From Cyanophora paradoxa CCMP329 (taxonomy: Eukaryota; Plantae; Glaucophyta): a stretch of 64,000 bases of DNA. Below, piece after piece: positions 60,571 to 64,000 of the stretch. The notes below the pieces were generated by a model. It made no database searches and was not told where the DNA came from. It was given only the letters and a program-made list of their open reading frames with translations. Each line of letters opens with the position of its first letter. Within the stretch, counting starts at the first letter, position 1. The stretch covers positions 310,001 to 374,000 of the forward strand of contig QPMI01000408.1 in NCBI GenBank assembly GCA_004431415.1, given 5' to 3'. Both the position numbers and the translations under genes were made by a program.

Positions 60571-60578
60571 TCAATTTT
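60571..60578 (-). promoter_or_regulatory. AAAATTGA motif (Mimivirus-type early promoter)
   Basis: TCAATTTT on the + strand, ~40 nt upstream of the ORF 60076-60534 start. Confidence 0.45.
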
Positions 60579-60631
60579 TGTCCCGATGCAAAAAATGACG
60601 CTCTTTTTTAAGAGTTTATAACTTTGTAACC

Positions 60632-61099
60632 ATGGAACAATACCTTAACTTTTTCAAGCAAAACAACATAACCTATAAGGATGTTTCACATGTATTTGCG
60701 AAAAGTTTCGAAAGAGGATATATTATGATTGCACAGTTAGCAGTGAAAACACCAGAGATGGTTTATATTGCTCAATTGAAAAAAGACACGGCACCATGTT
60801 TCCGAATTCAGGGTTACATTAAAAATGCTGTGGTTGTTATCAAAAATGACGATTTCATAGTTTCTCCTGAATTCAAAGAGAACCATGTAAGAGATTTTCT
60901 TAGCCACCCATACAATTGTAATGTTTGTCTCGATGATAAGGAAAATGGGATAAGATGTGATACATGTAATGCTTCCGTTTGTTACAAATGTTGGGCGGAA
61001 ATGAGCATGAATACAAATAAGAAATGTCCGGCATGCCGTAAAGATTTAGATTACCCGTTTATAATCCAAAATGGACTTAATACATTCGTTGTTGTCTAA
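60632..61099 (+). CDS. RING-finger-like protein (putative E3 ligase, His-less variant)
   Basis: CNVC-x9-CDTC-x4-CYKC-x11-CPACR. Confidence 0.8.
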   Translation: MEQYLNFFKQNNITYKDVSHVFAKSFERGYIMIAQLAVKTPEMVYIAQLKKDTAPCFRIQGYIKNAVVVIKNDDFIVSPEFKENHVRDFLSHPYNCNVCLDDKENGIRCDTCNASVCYKCWAEMSMNTNKKCPACRKDLDYPFIIQNGLNTFVVV

Positions 61100-61862
61100 A
61101 CTGTTATCGTCGTGGGTTCATTACTAATTCTTATTGATTCTCTCTTTTTTATCGCTCGTCTCTTAACAAACTTCTTAAAGCCCTTCATATCATCGTCTGT
61201 TAGTATTGCCCGATCAGTATATATTTTTATATCATACCCTTGCAATCCAGTTATGACAGTTTGGTAATTGTAACCCCATAGTCTATGAAGTTCCTTGTAA
61301 GTCTTCTTATCGAGACCCCATTATACTCATCAAAGGCGCAATTGAACTCTTTTTCGTTCCCAAGAATATTGAAAAATACTACGAACTCAACATTTCGACG
61401 AATGGTAGTAGAAATAGAGCATAAACGTTGAGTATTAATAATTACTGTAATCGAATAATGACGGGCTGTCGTAATCAATTTAGAAAGGACAGCTGAATTA
61501 TGCATATCCAAAGAAGAACCTATCATATCGTCTAAGATTATAACCAAATTATTACGCTTCTCATTATTCTCAATTCGTTTCTTTTGCATGCTAATGAGTT
61601 TCACTACTACATTATCGTCCCATTCCTCATAGATATTATCAGGATGCGTTATATCTCTGAATTGACCAGTAAACGCAGTAGAACTAAAGACTACAATCTG
61701 ATCGATCTTATCCCTCAGTTCATAAAGTAGATATTTGCAGTAAGTTGTCTTACCAGAATTGCTGCGCCCACATAATAAAAAACGCGTGCTTAATTTAACT
61801 GTTCTTGCAGGCTCAAACTCTGGGATGTCATTCAAATCAATATCCATTCCTGTGTTATCCAT
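61096..61862 (-). CDS. Packaging ATPase, copy 2 (one frameshift in a G-run at ~61318)
   Basis: GRSNSGKT, LVIILDD, TARHYSI. Adding one G restores GGLDKKTYKEL...KFVKRRAIKKRESIRISNEPTTITV*, collinear with copy 1. Confidence 0.9.
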
Positions 61863-61971
61863 TACAGTAATAAGATAAAAAACAAAATAAACCCCTTAGC
61901 GCATGCAAGGCATGCTTGTCATGCCGACCCTACTAATTTTGCGCTTCCTACTCTAACGAAAGAAAAGAACT

Positions 61972-63196
61972 TTAAAAGTTCGAGACTTTCAGGGTAGAGA
62001 TGTTGTAGCCATTGAGGACCATAACATTGTGTCGTAGGGCATAGATATCAACCTGAACAGGAGCAGCATCAGTGCATCCCGAAACAGTGAGATCCATGTA
62101 ACTGGAACTGCTGTTGAAGAAATCCTGGTAACCCATAACACTGTTCCGAAGCGAATCTTTTCCAGATTTGGAAAGAACGATTCCGTAAATATTTCCATTC
62201 TCGAATCCATAAGTAGTATTGCCAACAGTAACACCCTTGTAATGAGAAGGAATGTGATTGATAGCCGAGAGGAAACCAGAAATGGGTTTGTTGGAGATAT
62301 CCAGGGAGCGATTGTTGTGGAAGATCTGGAACTGATCGATCTTAACATCCGAAACATGACCACAGAAATCAGAGTGAGTGTAGGTGTTAAGTTTGTTCAC
62401 CTCTCGAACTGTCATGAGAATCGAATGAACCAGACCAGAAACATTAGCGAGTGTCACCTCAACCGATTCACCAGCATCAGCGGTTTTGAGCGCTCGTGTC
62501 TTCTTGTGGATGACCTCTGTGATCGGAATACGAATGCCACCTTGTTCATTTGCCATTTTCAAAAGTGTCTCAGCCTCAGCCGAAGCGATGTTTACAAATT
62601 GACAGATCAGGGAGCAATCCGCAAATGTAACAGATCCACCAGCAGGAACTTTGACTATCCCAGCATCACGGAAATCAACCTCGATTGTTGGCATATCCGC
62701 CAGTGTGCATAGTGGGAAGTAAGCATCATCCCAGAAAGCAGCGGGAATTTTCACAATGTATTCCATAGCCTCATCTGTGCTTTCACGATCAAGTTCTTTG
62801 AAGTAACCAAGAGAAGCATACATGCTGCTCATGGTAGCATGATCATTATCAATCAGAGCGTTAACAGTTATCCAGTCACCAGGGATGATATACTTGAAAC
62901 CACCATGAACAAAGCGGACCTCATTAATAAAGGAAGAACCACCATTGGGAGGGTGCAGGCTACACCACCACCAGTGGCAATCTTGAAATAGAGCGAAACA
63001 CCAGCAAGGAGTTGCTTGCGAGGTAGATCAAAGTAAGCGGTATTCTTAAAGCCAAAAGTATTGCCTCGGGGACGAACTTGCTCGAGGAATGGTTTGTACT
63101 TGGGTTGGTTCCGATTTGGAGACCAGGGGATAGATAAATTTGATCGGAACCGGGAGTTACGAGGAGTTCCTTAAGGGTAGTTCCAGTGAGTGCCAT
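61972..63196 (-). CDS. Major capsid protein, copy 2 (two 1-nt deficits at ~63103 and ~62948)
   Basis: By my count the C-terminal 286 aa differ from copy 1 at 11 positions. The corrected length equals copy 1 (1227 nt). Confidence 0.85.
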
Positions 63197-63248
63197 CTCT
63201 TATGTTTAAAATACCAAAAGAAATTTTTAAAATGCTTTATTAAACAGA

Positions 63249-64000
63249 ATGACGCGTCATTACCTTAATATTGATTCCAGGGACCGAGATGATGGAACCC
63301 CAACGAACTTTACTTACAAAATTCCCCATGCAATCCAAAATGTGAGAGCCTGCAGAGTGACTAACTTTGAGATGTTCAATAACATTTACAATCTTAGCGA
63401 GAATGGAAGTTTGATTACAGGAACCTATGATGCTGGAGATGTAATTAAAACTAAGAATAACACTATTTCAAAAGGGACATATACTTCGGATAGTTTGGTG
63501 AATCTTCTAAATGCCAAACTAGCTTCACAAGTGTATGGTGCAGCAGGAACTACCTATACTCGCCATTTCTACGTTACATATGATCCTGTTACCATGTTTC
63601 TAAGGTTCATGTGCGATGCAACATTTACCCTCACCTTTGGAAGTCGGATCTTAGCAAACTTCCTTGGGTTTCCAGATCGCAGACCTGACAGTTCAGAAAA
63701 TGGTTACGCTTCTGCCCTGCTGGATTCACCTGTAACAGTCGGAGCTAATACTTATAATTACTACATTGACAGTGTTATACCGCTCGATCTTCTGTTCAAC
63801 TCTTACATCCTTCTCCACGTTGACCCACTCAAAGGCAACTATGTAAGCAAGAACACAAGCGATGATAAAGCCCTCGCAAAAATCGAGATTGATCAAACGG
63901 TAGGCAGTCTCTTAAAATATGATTCATCGAATAATTCCATGATCCTGCATGAGCAAAACGGTTTGGTGGAAGTTGAAACGCTAAAAGTTCGTCTCACATA
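63249..64000 (+). CDS. Penton protein, copy 2 (incomplete at window edge)
   Basis: MTRHYLNIDSRDRDDGTPTNFTY..., open to the window end and homologous to 55455-56342. Confidence 0.88.
   Translation, partial: MTRHYLNIDSRDRDDGTPTNFTYKIPHAIQNVRACRVTNFEMFNNIYNLSENGSLITGTYDAGDVIKTKNNTISKGTYTSDSLVNLLNAKLASQVYGAAGTTYTRHFYVTYDPVTMFLRFMCDATFTLTFGSRILANFLGFPDRRPDSSENGYASALLDSPVTVGANTYNYYIDSVIPLDLLFNSYILLHVDPLKGNYVSKNTSDDKALAKIEIDQTVGSLLKYDSSNNSMILHEQNGLVEVETLKVRLT

Larger units (their letters stand above)
59749..64000. mobile_element. Endogenous Polinton-like virus, copy 2 (runs off the window)
   Basis: Second ATPase-MCP-penton block in the same orientation. The non-coding leader shares AATCTCAGTAAGCCTCAGT with the copy-1 end (~52190 vs ~59837). 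Confidence 0.88.

Noticed and set aside
61251-63196. Copy-2 ATPase and MCP as true pseudogenes
   Set aside because: The breaks are single-base losses in G/C homopolymers with conserved downstream frames, so sequencing error is more likely.
1-64000. rRNA/tRNA genes and species assignment
   Set aside because: No recognisable rRNA or tRNA by eye; the host taxon cannot be determined from this window without a search.

Overview
Eukaryotic (protist-type) genomic DNA. About 1-52,000 is GC-rich and intron-rich host sequence with many GC-AG introns and micro-exons. It carries two Cys-rich paralogues, a type-I membrane protein, an NPHP3-like DUF4062-P-loop-TPR gene plus a decayed partial duplicate, a coiled-coil gene, a GAF + TKL kinase and a secreted Kelch-repeat protein. 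Mobile DNA in this part includes several MITE-like elements and an ~8.9 kb element with split direct repeats (A..BA..B), as in tyrosine-recombinase retrotransposons. From ~52,040 to the end the DNA is AT-rich and intronless and holds two related endogenous Polinton-like viruses in the same orientation. Copy 1 has a packaging ATPase, double-jelly-roll major capsid, penton and a truncated TP-vOTU-pPolB. Copy 2 has a small Cys/His ORF, a RING protein, ATPase, MCP and penton. Their non-structural genes have giant-virus-like AAAATTGA motifs upstream. Comparing duplicated host segments shows repeated X -> X.revcomp(X).X 3-nt inverted triplications, which could explain the palindromic hexamer microsatellites saturating non-coding DNA. 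All assignments are by eye from motifs; no searches were run, and multi-exon gene boundaries are approximate.
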